DNA of 60,545 nt, filler included, from Sphacelaria rigidula (Eukaryota): assembly GCA_964200075.2 (NCBI GenBank). It is 9 parts of 9 records of this genome, joined end to end, with 100 filler letters (N's around TTAATTAATTAA, not from the genome) between each part and the next. Parts side by side here need not be neighbours in the genome. Positions count along the whole stretch, not along the records: positions 6,740 to 13,378 come from CAXNAA020018904.1; positions 13,479 to 20,117 come from CAXNAA020018905.1; positions 20,218 to 26,855 come from CAXNAA020018906.1; 6 more parts are not named here. One strand, given 5' to 3'. This document shows, piece by piece, positions 12,140-21,837 of this stretch. Numbering within the stretch: position 1 is the stretch's first letter; each line of letters opens with the position of its first letter. The translations under genes were made by a program, and so were the position numbers. The notes below the pieces were generated by a model. That model was not told the origin of the DNA. It saw only the letters and a program-made list of their open reading frames with translations, and did not search any database.

Positions 12140-12372
12140 TGTGACGATATCAGGTTTTCTAGTACTGCAGCGTCTAAATGCTGCTGAGGGACTCCCTAGC
12201 TCCACTGGCCTCAAGGTCTCAGTCGTCAGCCTTTACAACACCTTACCAATATTTCGGAGTAAACACCTGCAGCCTACCATCAGGCCTGGGCTATACAGCA
12301 AGGGTCATCACCCACAGGATACCCTTGTCCCCTGATCATCATCCAGGATCCACTATATACTCAACCGTGACG
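12140..12372 (-). repeat. Candidate 5' LTR
   Basis: Termini tgtgacg and cgtgacg fit a TGTnAC..GTnACA pattern with one change, upstream of gag. There is no second LTR to confirm it. Confidence 0.4.
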
Positions 12373-12384
12373 GCGTGATTTCGC

Positions 12385-12706
12385 CACAGGCTACACACCA
12401 AAATGCCCCCGGAGGAATGCGCGGCCCTCCAGGGGGAAAACAAGCCTCCGGAGGCCTTCCATCCCTCTAGAGGAGACCAAACTCTACCGACCCGGAGGGC
12501 CGCGCACCCCTCCGGAGGAATTTGGGGGTATGCGCGACTCTCCGGAGGCAAGAATAAGCCTCCGGGAGAGTTCAGCCCCTCTGGAGGGAACCAAAAAATC
12601 TCCTCTGGGGGGCCGTGCACACCTCCGGAGGCGTTTAATTCCTCTGGAGGCTCGAAAAGTGTACCCACCTTGAGGAAGTTTGGAGGTAGCCAAATGGCCG
12701 CGTGTG
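12385..12706. mobile_element. CACAC..GTGTG MITE (CMC/CACTA-like) rich in CCTCCRGAGG; left TIR partly deleted
   Basis: Inverted homolog of 12972-13307, ending tagccaaatggccgcgtgtg. Confidence 0.85.
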
Positions 12707-12711
12707 GGGGG

Positions 12712-12876
12712 TACGTACTAAAACAAATAAAAAAGAAAAAGTTCCTGTGTTGACCTTATACTTCTCCTGTGTGACTCCGGCCGCTGCGCCCACATATGCC
12801 GAAAGGTGTAGACCGGCGTCCAGAATAGATGGGAAGACAACACTATGTTTGCTACAGGATTCACACTGTTTCTTTT
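12712..12876 (+). mobile_element. SINE 3' body fragment (family of 29891-30267)
   Basis: cctgtgttgacc..ctcctgtgtgac..gcgcccacatat.ccgaaaggtgtagac.ggcg.ccagaat matches the reverse complement of 29915-30035. Confidence 0.8.
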
Positions 12877-12971
12877 ACAGTAGTAGTGGTTGTATATTTA
12901 CTGAGGAGCGTATTTTGCACTTTTGGGACATTTGACACAGTTTTTGGCCCGCAAACAGGGAAGATCGCCAT

Positions 12972-13307
12972 CACACGCGGGCACTTGGCTAACTCCAAAA
13001 TTCCTCCAGGTGGGTAAACTTTTCGAGCCTCCAGAAGAGGAATTAAACGCCTCCGGAGGGGTGCGCGGCCCCCCAGAGGAGATTTTTTGGTTTCCTCCAG
13101 AGGGAATAAACGCCCCCGGAGGCTTACTTTTGCCTCTGGAGGGCCACGCATACCCCCAAATTCCTCCGCAGGGGTGCACGGCCCTCCGGGTCGGTAGAGT
13201 TTGGTTTCCTCCAGAGGGATTGAAGGCCTCCGGAGGCTTGTTTTCCCCCTGGAGGGCCGCGCATCCCTCCGGAAGCATTTTGGGGGTTAGCCAAATGGCC
13301 GCGTGTG
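12972..13307. mobile_element. CACAC..GTGTG MITE (CMC/CACTA-like)
   Basis: TIRs of about 30 bp (cacacgcgg.ca.ttggctaac.ccaaaa) and many internal cctccggagg palindromes. Flanks are cat and cac. Confidence 0.9.
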
Positions 13308-13312
13308 CACGT

Positions 13313-13378
13313 GAGTCATCCTACGATAGGCGGGGGGTATTTGGTTGCACGAAAAAAGAGGCTCATAAGTGTGTCAGA
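13313..13378 (+). mobile_element. Left end of a GAG..CTC (Sola2-like) MITE, cut by the contig edge
   Basis: Matches 16047-16115: gagtcatcctacgatagg...ttgcacgaaaaaa.aggctca. Confidence 0.8.
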
Positions 13379-13478
13379 NNNNNNNNNNNNNNNNNNNNNN
13401 NNNNNNNNNNNNNNNNNNNNNNTTAATTAATTAANNNNNNNNNNNNNNNNNNNNNNNNNNNNNNNNNNNNNNNNNNNN
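13379..13478. other. Artificial contig spacer
   Basis: N44-TTAATTAATTAA-N44. Confidence 0.98.
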
Positions 13479-14422
13479 CATATCGACATTGGCACCTCCG
13501 CCCCGTCGGCCGTTCCACCGCTCCCTGAGCCACAAGGCCTGGTCGGCTCTCCGGCGGAAGGCCAACTGCGCGAGGTCCTCTCCAGGTGCTTCCATCGTGA
13601 TTGGGCTCGTGAACAACAAGCAGAACCATTTTGCCGCGCAACCATGCGGTACCTCCATGCTGGCTGCCCTGCCCCTATCCCGGCCAATGCTCTGGCCCCG
13701 GTTGGTACACTGCCACCACCAAACGCCTCTGAGGTGCCCTCTGAGGTGCCCGAACTCGCACGTAAAGGTACTATCTTCACAACTCATGACGGTATTCAAC
13801 TGGTTGTTCACGGCCCTACGCCTCAGCCGGGTGTAACTTCACCCGCGACCCCAGACGACATGCACGCCTACTCGATAATGATCCCACTCGAATCTATGTC
13901 CCATTTTTGATGAGACCGGGGGTAATGAAAGGCTGCTACACTGACCTGTCTTGCCGCCTTCGTGTCACGCGCACATGAGCGCTACTCAAACGTTTCTATC
14001 GGTGGATCGGTATGGAAGTGTCCACCCGCTTCTCGATTCGGCGATGCTTCCAGTGTCAAGCTCGCAAAACCTCACGACAGACAACATGTTGGCCAATCAT
14101 TCCAATGGTACTTCCTAACGCCCCTGGTCACCTCGTGTCTTTCGACTATTTCGGTCCTTTACCGACCACTGACCGTGGCAATACCTACAGCTTACTTTTT
14201 ACGGATCGCTTCAGCCGTCATGCGTCCATGTACGCAGTTATCTCTGGAGACTTAATAGCAGCAGGCACAGCTGACACCTTAGTTCACGACTATATCAAGC
14301 ACTATGGTGGTCCGAAACGGCTCCTCTCCGACAATCGTCAGCAATTTTGCTCCGATCTCTCGGATGAACTGTATACGCTCCTGGGCATCCGCAAGATAGC
14401 ACACCCTGGACAATACAATATG

Positions 14423-16345
14423 TAATATATATTGCTCGCTCAATATGTCGACGCGTCGGGTGGTCAATATATATTGGGCAAGCAATATGATGGCACGAGA
14501 GAGGGTCAATATATATATATATATGTATATATTGCGCCATCAATATGTCAAGGCTCGCGACGGGCAATATATATCGGTTGAATAATATATCATGACACGC
14601 GCCGCCTCAGTATATATTGGCCGAGTAATATGTTGGTGCGAGAAAGCATTGATATATATATATATTTTGGTCAAGTAAAACACCAGCTGTCACACGAGAT
14701 CAATATATATATATATATATATATATATTGACGATTCAACATACTCGACACCCGAAGCGGCAATATATATTGCCGCCCCAATATGTCGTGCGTTAATGCG
14801 TCCAATATATATTGGGCGGACAAAACACGAGGGAACCCACGATCACAATACATATTGGTGTAGCATTATATACTGTTTTTCAACATGTAGATTGGAAATT
14901 GTATTATAATTAGTATGGTGGGCAACTCTATGTTCGCGGGTGCTATTGAAAGATGTATCACCACATGCCGAAAACGCTCAAGATATTCCTCCGCAAGCGT
15001 GTTCAATGTATATTGGCTGCACAAAAGCTATGCGATGAGCGTGCGCAATATATATTGGAAAAACAATACTTCTGCGTGGTTTGCGTTCAATATATATCAC
15101 GGTAACAATATGCTTCGCATCGCTTCGACTCAATATATACTGACGCGTCAGTGCACACACGGCTGGCATGCACAATATTTATCGAACGTTTCATTCCCGG
15201 AGCAGATGCATGTCCAATATATGTTGTCATACATTAGTTCATGATCATGACACAAGCAATATATGTTATTGCTTCAATGTCTCCGAGGACATCTCAACAC
15301 AATATATATTGAAAGGGCAATATTTGAGCTGGCCTCAATACAAAGTATTGGTATCATATCGGCACATATTATATTGTCTGGGGTATAAGCAACACAGCCC
15401 CGGTGATCGCAGGGGTACCGAAAGGCGCATATCGACCCACTTTCTCGGTCATCGTGATGTTTAACCAAGATATGTTAATTACATCCTGGGAACAGGATGG
15501 GCGGCCCCGCACCGGTGGCCAGATAGGTATCAAGAGGCGTATATACCGGGTCGCCTTTTCTGTCGCCATATTTTCTGACCAGTATATGTATATATATATA
15601 TATGTATATACATAATATATGTATACGTCAAACGCATTCGACAACTCTCCGTAGTAATTCACGCGAATTTCTGCGGCTCCCTTTGGACCTTTCCCAATCT
15701 GCACGGGCTCCGGCATTCATCGCGTCCGGATCTTCCTTAAAGCGTACACTATATTTATAATACCTAACATATATTGGCCGACCAATAAATTGGCACCAAC
15801 GCAGACCAAATAAATATTGGCCGGTCAATATGTTCTCATCAATGCGACCCTAATATATATTGGTCGTGCAATATGCTGTCGCTCACGCTGCCCTAATATA
15901 TATTGATGGGACAATATGCGTTTAACCCAATAGTACCAGTATACATATATTGGGCGGGCAATATATATGCAGTTCCACAACATCAATATATATTAGGCGC
16001 GCAATACGTGTGCAGTCTCAGGGCACCAATATATACTACACCGGCAGAGTCATCCTACGATAGGGGGGGGGGGGGGTTGATTGCACGAAAAAAAAGGCTC
16101 AAAAGCGTGCCAGACGACCTACCACACTCGCGGTGCGCTTGTATTCAGTTCAAATCGGTGTCGATCGGTATGAATGAGCGCTATATATCCATAACAAGCT
16201 CGTTCAAGCAAGCGTTTCTCCTTTCAAGGACGATTTGACTTGAAATTTCGTGCAAGAAGTGGTCCAAAATGCCCCTGCCCCTATCGTGGATTGACTCGGC
16301 AATATATTGCAAAATTCCAACATGATCGACTAATATATATATTGG
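14423..16345. repeat. Phased 42-43 bp array: CAATATATATTG-N6-CAATATG-N17/18 with non-repeating spacers, about 26 or more units in three blocks
   Basis: Unit starts at 14423, 14465, 14507...; 15004, 15046, 15088, 15131, 15173, 15215, 15257, 15300; 15765, 15808, 15851, 15894, 15937... Confidence 0.9.
16047..16297. mobile_element. 251-bp MITE with GAG..CTC termini and 4-bp TSD GGCA (Sola2-like)
   Basis: TIRs gagtcatcctacgatagggg and cccctatcgtggattgactc, with ggca on both sides. It is nested inside the 14400-16371 element. Confidence 0.9.
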
Positions 16346-18521
16346 AAACACATTGTATTGTCCAGGGTGTGCAAGATAGCCACGAGTGCTTACCACCCCA
16401 ATGGTAACGGTGGTACTGAAAGAGTTAACCACACCATGGCCCAAATGCTATCTATGATAGTCAACGATCGCCAAAACGATTGGGATCTTCATCTTTCACA
16501 CGTCATGCTGTATTGTGACAACTCGGTCAACGCTGCTACCGGTCTCTCTCCGAACGAGTTAAATATCGGCCGCTACCCTCGTCTGCCCATCACCGTGTTT
16601 AAGAGACACACCTGTGATGGCCACCAAGGCTTGGATCAGGATCAGATATCCTACCATGACCTGGCGTGCACGCCAGCACAAAGCTTTCACTCTCGTGGGT
16701 GAACAACACGCTATCAACGCTTCGCGCCTTGAGATATCTAATAATGCTCTCTACAACTTACTTGATAAACAAATGCCCTACTTGGAAGGTTGGCGATTGG
16801 GTCTGGGTTCACAACAATTGTCGACCATCCGCCCAGGTGCCGACGGAGCTGCCAAAGAGACAGTTTTGAAGACAAGGTTATCCCTTAACTGGACAGGACC
16901 ATTTAAGATTCTGACCGTAGGGCCCTCGCCATCGTCACATGATGGCAAGTCTCTTGATGACAAGCTTCTTTATCTCGATCTCCCTCGCGATCTTCAGGGA
17001 GATGACGCCAAATCTCGCGTCTCTGTGCACCGTTGCAAACATTGCACAAACCCGCATGACACTAGCGACATGCCCAAATATCTGCCTGCCGGTCTTACGC
17101 AATACGTGCTCAACAGCTATTCGACCAAGTCACCGCCTCATCACGTTACCACTAACGACGTGACGGAACAACCCCTTCGCCTTGTTGTGTCCCATACCTC
17201 TGGTTACCAGATCACTCACGATCGGGGACGTAAAACTGCTGTCATGTACAAACCTCACTGGCAAGGCCTTCGCAGAGTATCCTGGGAAGATGAGTTCGAC
17301 CTTCAGTTGCACCGCTGAGCTATTCTCCTGTATTAGACACAACCCCAGCGACGACATTATCCTAACAACAAGAGATATCGCAACATGCACCGCGGCGCAG
17401 TAGTCCGCATACTTCACCGTGACAAAGATTTGCGCTCTGTCGCCGATGGTTATAAGTTGGAACCCACTAAGCATTGGGAAGTGAAGATCCGCGCAAAACA
17501 GGGAGTGCTCCCCAAAGGCGCCTATCTGTGTTACAAAGGCAGCGACAGCCTCTGGTGGCTGGGCCAGACCCACTCCGCCAACCTGAACGCGACTGACTCA
17601 TCCGTTGTGTGCTTCATCGATGACCCTCGACCCTTGCAGCTCAAGCTCCGCTCAGAGCTATATACCACCAGTCCATCCGCACCGCGAGTATCTTGGTGTC
17701 TTCAGCGACTCAAGTCCAAAAGCCTTCGCCGCGGAATCCAACATGACATCGATTGCACACATGATGTCAACACACCGCTTTGAGCTTCCACCGATCTCCT
17801 GCTTTTTGATCCACAATATTTTCCTCTTTTCTCCTTCCCCTATCGTTTAGATATTTCCCCCTGCTTCCATCATTCAGGACACACCAGTGCCACCCACCGA
17901 CTTCTTCAACAGTCTGCAACCGGGGTTCGTTCGGCGCACAACAATGGACCACGAATGGAACTTGCCTGGAGCACCTTCATCTTCGGCTACTGGAGCTTTT
18001 CATACCCTCGCTCTTGATTTGTATGACTGGCGCTGGACCCCTTGCAGTTTTCGAGTTGCTGATTCCTTTGCTTTCCTCAGCCACCATGCGCTCGCCGCAT
18101 GTGACTGACCTTTTGGCGGCTGAAATTGGTATCAACTACGTAGGCGTTGTGCCTCTGGCATGTCTTCCCTTTTGTCTCTTTACTTTGGCTAGCGCGTCGA
18201 AGCATTCTTGTGTTCTTCCGTTTGAGTTCGCTAGCCCGCAACAGCATTGTGTACTCCTGCGTCTCCAAGCGCACTTGCGCTTTTGGTAGCAGGTTCTGCT
18301 TCTCTCTATTGAGGTGTGGGACAACCAGGCAACGGAGTGGATGTTGCCCTCCTGGTCTGGGGGGCACCTTTTCATTTCAGCCACTACGGCCGAATGCTTT
18401 GACAGCGTTTGAGGTTGCCTTCCTCGCTGTTCATGACTTCGCGTGAAGAAAAACCTCGGTTTTCGTTGCTTTATGAGACTCCCCATCGCAACTGTAATAG
18501 AGGTTCGTCTGGGTGGGCTAG

Positions 18522-19004
18522 TGTCATGAAGCTAGGAGGCGTTGATGATCAAACCGGGGATTTTATAGTGGCGAATCTGATCAAGCTCGACTAGGTCAGA
18601 TGTGAGTTTGATAAAAGGGAATAGGCAACATTTCTAGCTGCTCTCCCGGTTTACTTGCGACGTGGAGCTGAGCAAAGCAGCTATATTTCGGTGAGCGACG
18701 TGAAAGGGCATTGAACAGAGCGATAACGAATACGGGTGAACAAGAGTCTTTCAGATCAAGTGGATGTAGCTTACCGTGTGAAGCCATTGAGGTGTGAGCT
18801 ATTTCGGACACGAACCAATACACTGTACCCCTGTGGGGACTGTCAAACTGACTCTTTCAGCGTGCGTTGAGGTGCACGTATCGCAACCCTATCACATAAG
18901 CCAAAAACGGATTGTTCACAGCTGTTTCCAGCCAATAATAAAGGATATAGCTCGCGCAGCCCAGGCAGCGCCAAGGCATACATTCTCTTCTTTTTTCGAT
19001 TACA
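18522..19004 (+). repeat. 3' LTR (483 bp) of the chromodomain Gypsy
   Basis: Starts TGTCATGAAG directly after the purine-rich tract, where homology with the contig-4 element ends, and ends TTACA. Length nearly equals the 484-bp LTR at 22931-23414. Confidence 0.65.
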
Positions 19005-19013
19005 GGTAGGTTC

Positions 19014-20117
19014 TGTAGAGTAGTCCACCTCCAGTACACGTACGTGCAGGTTCATGATGATGTACAAGTGGAACCTGCTGTAGGCGTTTTCTATTGGTTG
19101 ACGGACTTGCGGGTCTGATCGGCAGACTATGTGGATTTGAACATCACATGCTTCACGCATGTGGTTACTTCTGATAAGGAAGGCCGTGTGTTTATGAATA
19201 ACAACTGTCGTGAAGTCTCGAGGCCCTACCTAGTGAGGGAGGAAGCCCTTGGAGCAATCTTGTGACCTTGTTCTGAGTCCAGGAGGGCTCTTTAATAACC
19301 GTTTATTAAGAGGAACCCGCTGGTTTCTGGAAGAGGTTTGTCAGCTGTGGGCAGCTGCGGAAAAATTATCTAAACCTTTTACACAGGAGTGTGCACTCTG
19401 TAACGTGAGAGAGCTCACTGACAACGGAGAGACGGCTAGGTTGGCTGGAACTGTTGCGTGCAGCTATGGCAACGGGCAAGGGAGTGGGTGATGGCGATGC
19501 AGGTGAAGAGGTGAAGTTTAAGTTTACTGAGCTTATGCCTGCAGGATCGCTGAAAGCCCCAGAGTACGGACGGCATTTTAGTGAAAATACGTCCCGACGT
19601 TTTTATCTGAAATACGTCGAGTATGAAGAGGCGGTCAAAATAAACAACAAAGGACGTAGCATGCAGCCCGTCTTACTGACTGTTACTGAACTGGTGCCGA
19701 AGCTCATCCGTGCGTGTTTGTCACGCGCGATTTTTGACGGATCCGTGCTTGACGAAGATGATCTCCAGGAGGCACTAGGCCGACACGCGAAATGTTGGCA
19801 AGATAAAGAGATTGAACCTTCAGTTGCTGCTGCTGCTGTGCGGAAAGCGTTGGCGGCCCGCAACGAGCAAACTGCAATGGGAAAAGTAGAAGGGCAGTGA
19901 GGTGCCCTAGAGGAATTGCTTGCGGAGAATACTAGCGCTGAGCGTGCGTTCCGCGATGATGCAGATTTCAAGCCAGGACCCGCTCGAATCATAACTCGGG
20001 AAATGTTGAATGGACTGACCCCCCCCCCCGAATTCAAAACTGAAGTCCTCAAGTTGAACATGAAGGGGGGGTGGAAGGAGGACCCTGGGCTTGTGTTAAA
20101 CTTGAGGACTTCAGTTT
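19014..20117 (+). mobile_element. Second Gypsy element: 5' LTR (about 19014-19383) and gag; cut by the contig edge
   Basis: The LTR starts TGTAGAG and is homologous to the LTR that follows a purine-rich tract at 42122 on the minus strand. gag follows it. Confidence 0.8.
19466..20117 (+). pseudogene. gag: Gypsy gag with an internal stop at 19898-19900
   Basis: LKAPEYG..SENTSRRFYLKYVEY and FKPGPARIITREMLNGLTPP.EFK..WKEDP align with the gag at 11171-11827. Confidence 0.8.
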
Positions 20118-20217
20118 NNNNNNNNNNNNNNNNNNNNNNNNNNNNNNNNNNNNNNNNNNNNTTAATTAATTAANNNNNNNNNNNNNNNNNNNNNNNNNNN
20201 NNNNNNNNNNNNNNNNN
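20118..20217. other. Artificial contig spacer
   Basis: N44-TTAATTAATTAA-N44. Confidence 0.98.
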
Positions 20218-20308
20218 CAACATGATCTAGCTCCACTACCATCACGGTTACCGCAAACAAAACGCAAGCGCGCAAAACAAATCGGTAACCTGGTTGCCTA
20301 GCTTACGC
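20218..20308. repeat. Interspersed repeat; inverted homolog at about 57748-57843
   Basis: gatctagctc.ac.accatcacggttaccgcaaa...cggtaa.ctggtt.cctagcttacgc is shared. Confidence 0.75.
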
Positions 20309-21343
20309 AATGAGGGATGGGGGGGGGTTTTAGGAAGTGCCACAAGCGACATATTCAGCGCCCCGCGTGTCCTGCCGCACCACTCCCCTCACTCGGATCT
20401 CGCGTTTGCATGATTCGGTTACAGTAATGGCGCCTACACCATTCCGTTCCATGTTTCGTGCAAGAAACACCGGACGGGACGCAGATCAAGTTTGGCTCAT
20501 TACCCCGCGCCTCGCCGCGGGCATAGGGTAACTGCCTTTGTGCAGCATCGACTGCTTCGTGTACTGTGAAATACGGTGTGTTCCGGTGTGTGCGCATAGC
20601 AAATTTTGACAATGTAGTATGTTGGCCCCAAAAGATGCTTCGTTGTGCCCCCTGCTTTGTGCACACATTCTCCTCGCAAAGCTGAGCCCTGGACTTTTCA
20701 GCTGTGATTTCAAGTGACGTCATCCCTTCGGTCCTTCCATTCTGAGGGGTGGTCTTCACGACTCATGACAAAGTGGGAGAGCACAACAGATAGGCACGAC
20801 GAACGCCTTTCAGCCGAGTAAGGAAAGGCTAGGGTAGGACATCGGTTTCGAAAACGGCGTTGTCGAACACCCAATATATCAAGATTTGTGAAACGTTGCT
20901 TCAAATCCATTACCCACCTGTTGTTCATATGAATGGTACTCTGCCCTCACCTCAACGAGTGACCCCAAGCTCCCCCGTAAAGGCATCGCAGTCACCTCCG
21001 CTTTTCCACCGTCCGCGGAGGTACTTTTGGTGGCCCCGGTCGCCACCGGTGTCGTACCCTCCTCACCTTCGGCATCACTACCTCCGGTCTCGGAACTTCG
21101 TGCGCCTACCGCTTCCGTCTCACTCTGCTCACCACCGGTGTCGACGGCGGCCTTCCCAGCGGTTACACTATAGTCGACGCTTCCAACCGATCCTGAGTCG
21201 TCGTCATCCGCGACACACTCCTGGTTCAAGTCGGTCGCGCCCTCACCAACGATATACGGCGATATCTTGTAGACATCGTCTTTGCACAGTTGCAATTCGG
21301 TGAGTATTAGAGCAACCGCACATGTCCAATCCTTGATGGGCGG

Positions 21344-21542
21344 TGTAATGCGTGAGAGGAGCGCGTGCTTAGAGGACCGCGCCGTAGTCCAGATCACCTC
21401 AGGATCGACGTTTTTCAAAACCAGTCGGGCCAGTCTCTGCAAGTACCACGCCCCTGACCATAGCCCTAACACTAAACCTAAACCTAACCCTAACCATAGG
21501 GATATTCGAATTCCGAAGCACGCGGTCCTCTCACGCATTACA
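21344..21542. mobile_element. 199-bp MITE, TGT..ACA termini, 27-bp TIR, 5-bp TSD GGCGG, internal telomere-like repeats (Ginger-like ends)
   Basis: TIR TGTAATGCGTGAGAGGA(G/C)CGCGTGCTT with ggcgg on both flanks and an internal ccctaacactaaacctaaacctaaccctaacc tract. Confidence 0.92.
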
Positions 21543-21837
21543 GGCGGCGCATTCCAGTCGAACAAACCATCCACCGCCACTTCGTCGGGAGAAGGCAAGT
21601 ACTACTGTGAGACCTCCAAGAAGGCGTTCGCCACTTGAAGTGGGATATTTGTCGAAGTTGTCTCCATCTCGTCCGAGTAGAACAACTGCGAAGGCGGTCA
21701 AGCGTAGGCATCAGTGGAACAATTCAAAATCTTGGACAGGGATGTGGCTTTGCAATCAATTAGGCCGCCTTGTTGCCATGCCGATATTTGGGGTTACATC
21801 CCCGCGCGAAATGCCCCGCACCCCCTCTATTCTTACA

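Larger units (their letters stand above)
6740..12372 (-). mobile_element. Ty3/Gypsy LTR retrotransposon, decayed; 3' end cut by the contig edge
   Basis: Domain order gag - zinc knuckle - protease - RT - RNase H - integrase on the minus strand, with stops, frameshifts and two nested insertions. Confidence 0.95.
14400..16371. mobile_element. Non-autonomous TIR DNA transposon (about 2 kb) inserted into the integrase
   Basis: TIR CACACCCTGGACAATACAAT at both ends. The duplicated flank gcaagatagc gives an 8-bp TSD (CAAGATAG) if the ends are CA..TG; 10 or 6 bp are also possible. Excision restores LGIRKIATSAYHP. Confidence 0.95.
13479..17783 (+). pseudogene. pol: Gypsy integrase + GPF + chromodomain + C-terminal Tudor-like domain; frameshifted and interrupted at 14400-16371
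   Basis: IRRCFQCQARK; VSFDYFGPLP; FTDRFSR; LLSDNRQQF; IATSAYHPNGNGGTERVNHT; NWTGPFKIL; MYKPHWQGLRRVSWEDEFDL. Confidence 0.92.
13479..19004 (+). mobile_element. Chromodomain-bearing Ty3/Gypsy element, 3' half with 3' LTR
   Basis: Integrase, GPF motif, chromodomain, purine-rich tract gggtgggctag, then an LTR TGTCATGAAG..GATTACA. Colinear with 22931-26855 on the minus strand. Confidence 0.92.

Noticed and set aside
12339..13426. PPEG/PSGG-repeat proteins (also 50926-51497)
   Set aside because: These are translations of the CCTCCGGAGG palindromes of a MITE and are open on both strands.
14279..16238. A 14-aa QYIL repeat protein
   Set aside because: QYIL appears on both strands because the DNA motif is palindromic. 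The 43-bp units break the frame, and substitutions show no codon-position bias.
14423..16345. A bona fide CRISPR array
   Set aside because: No cas genes, eukaryotic context, a short split repeat (12+7 nt) that degenerates and undergoes (AT)n slippage, and the array is bounded by TIRs and a TSD. Kept as a finding for its architecture only.
20879..21598. 239-aa membrane protein ORF
   Set aside because: The LGLGLGL segment is the MITE's telomere-like tract, and the ORF is a chimera of MITE and flanking DNA.
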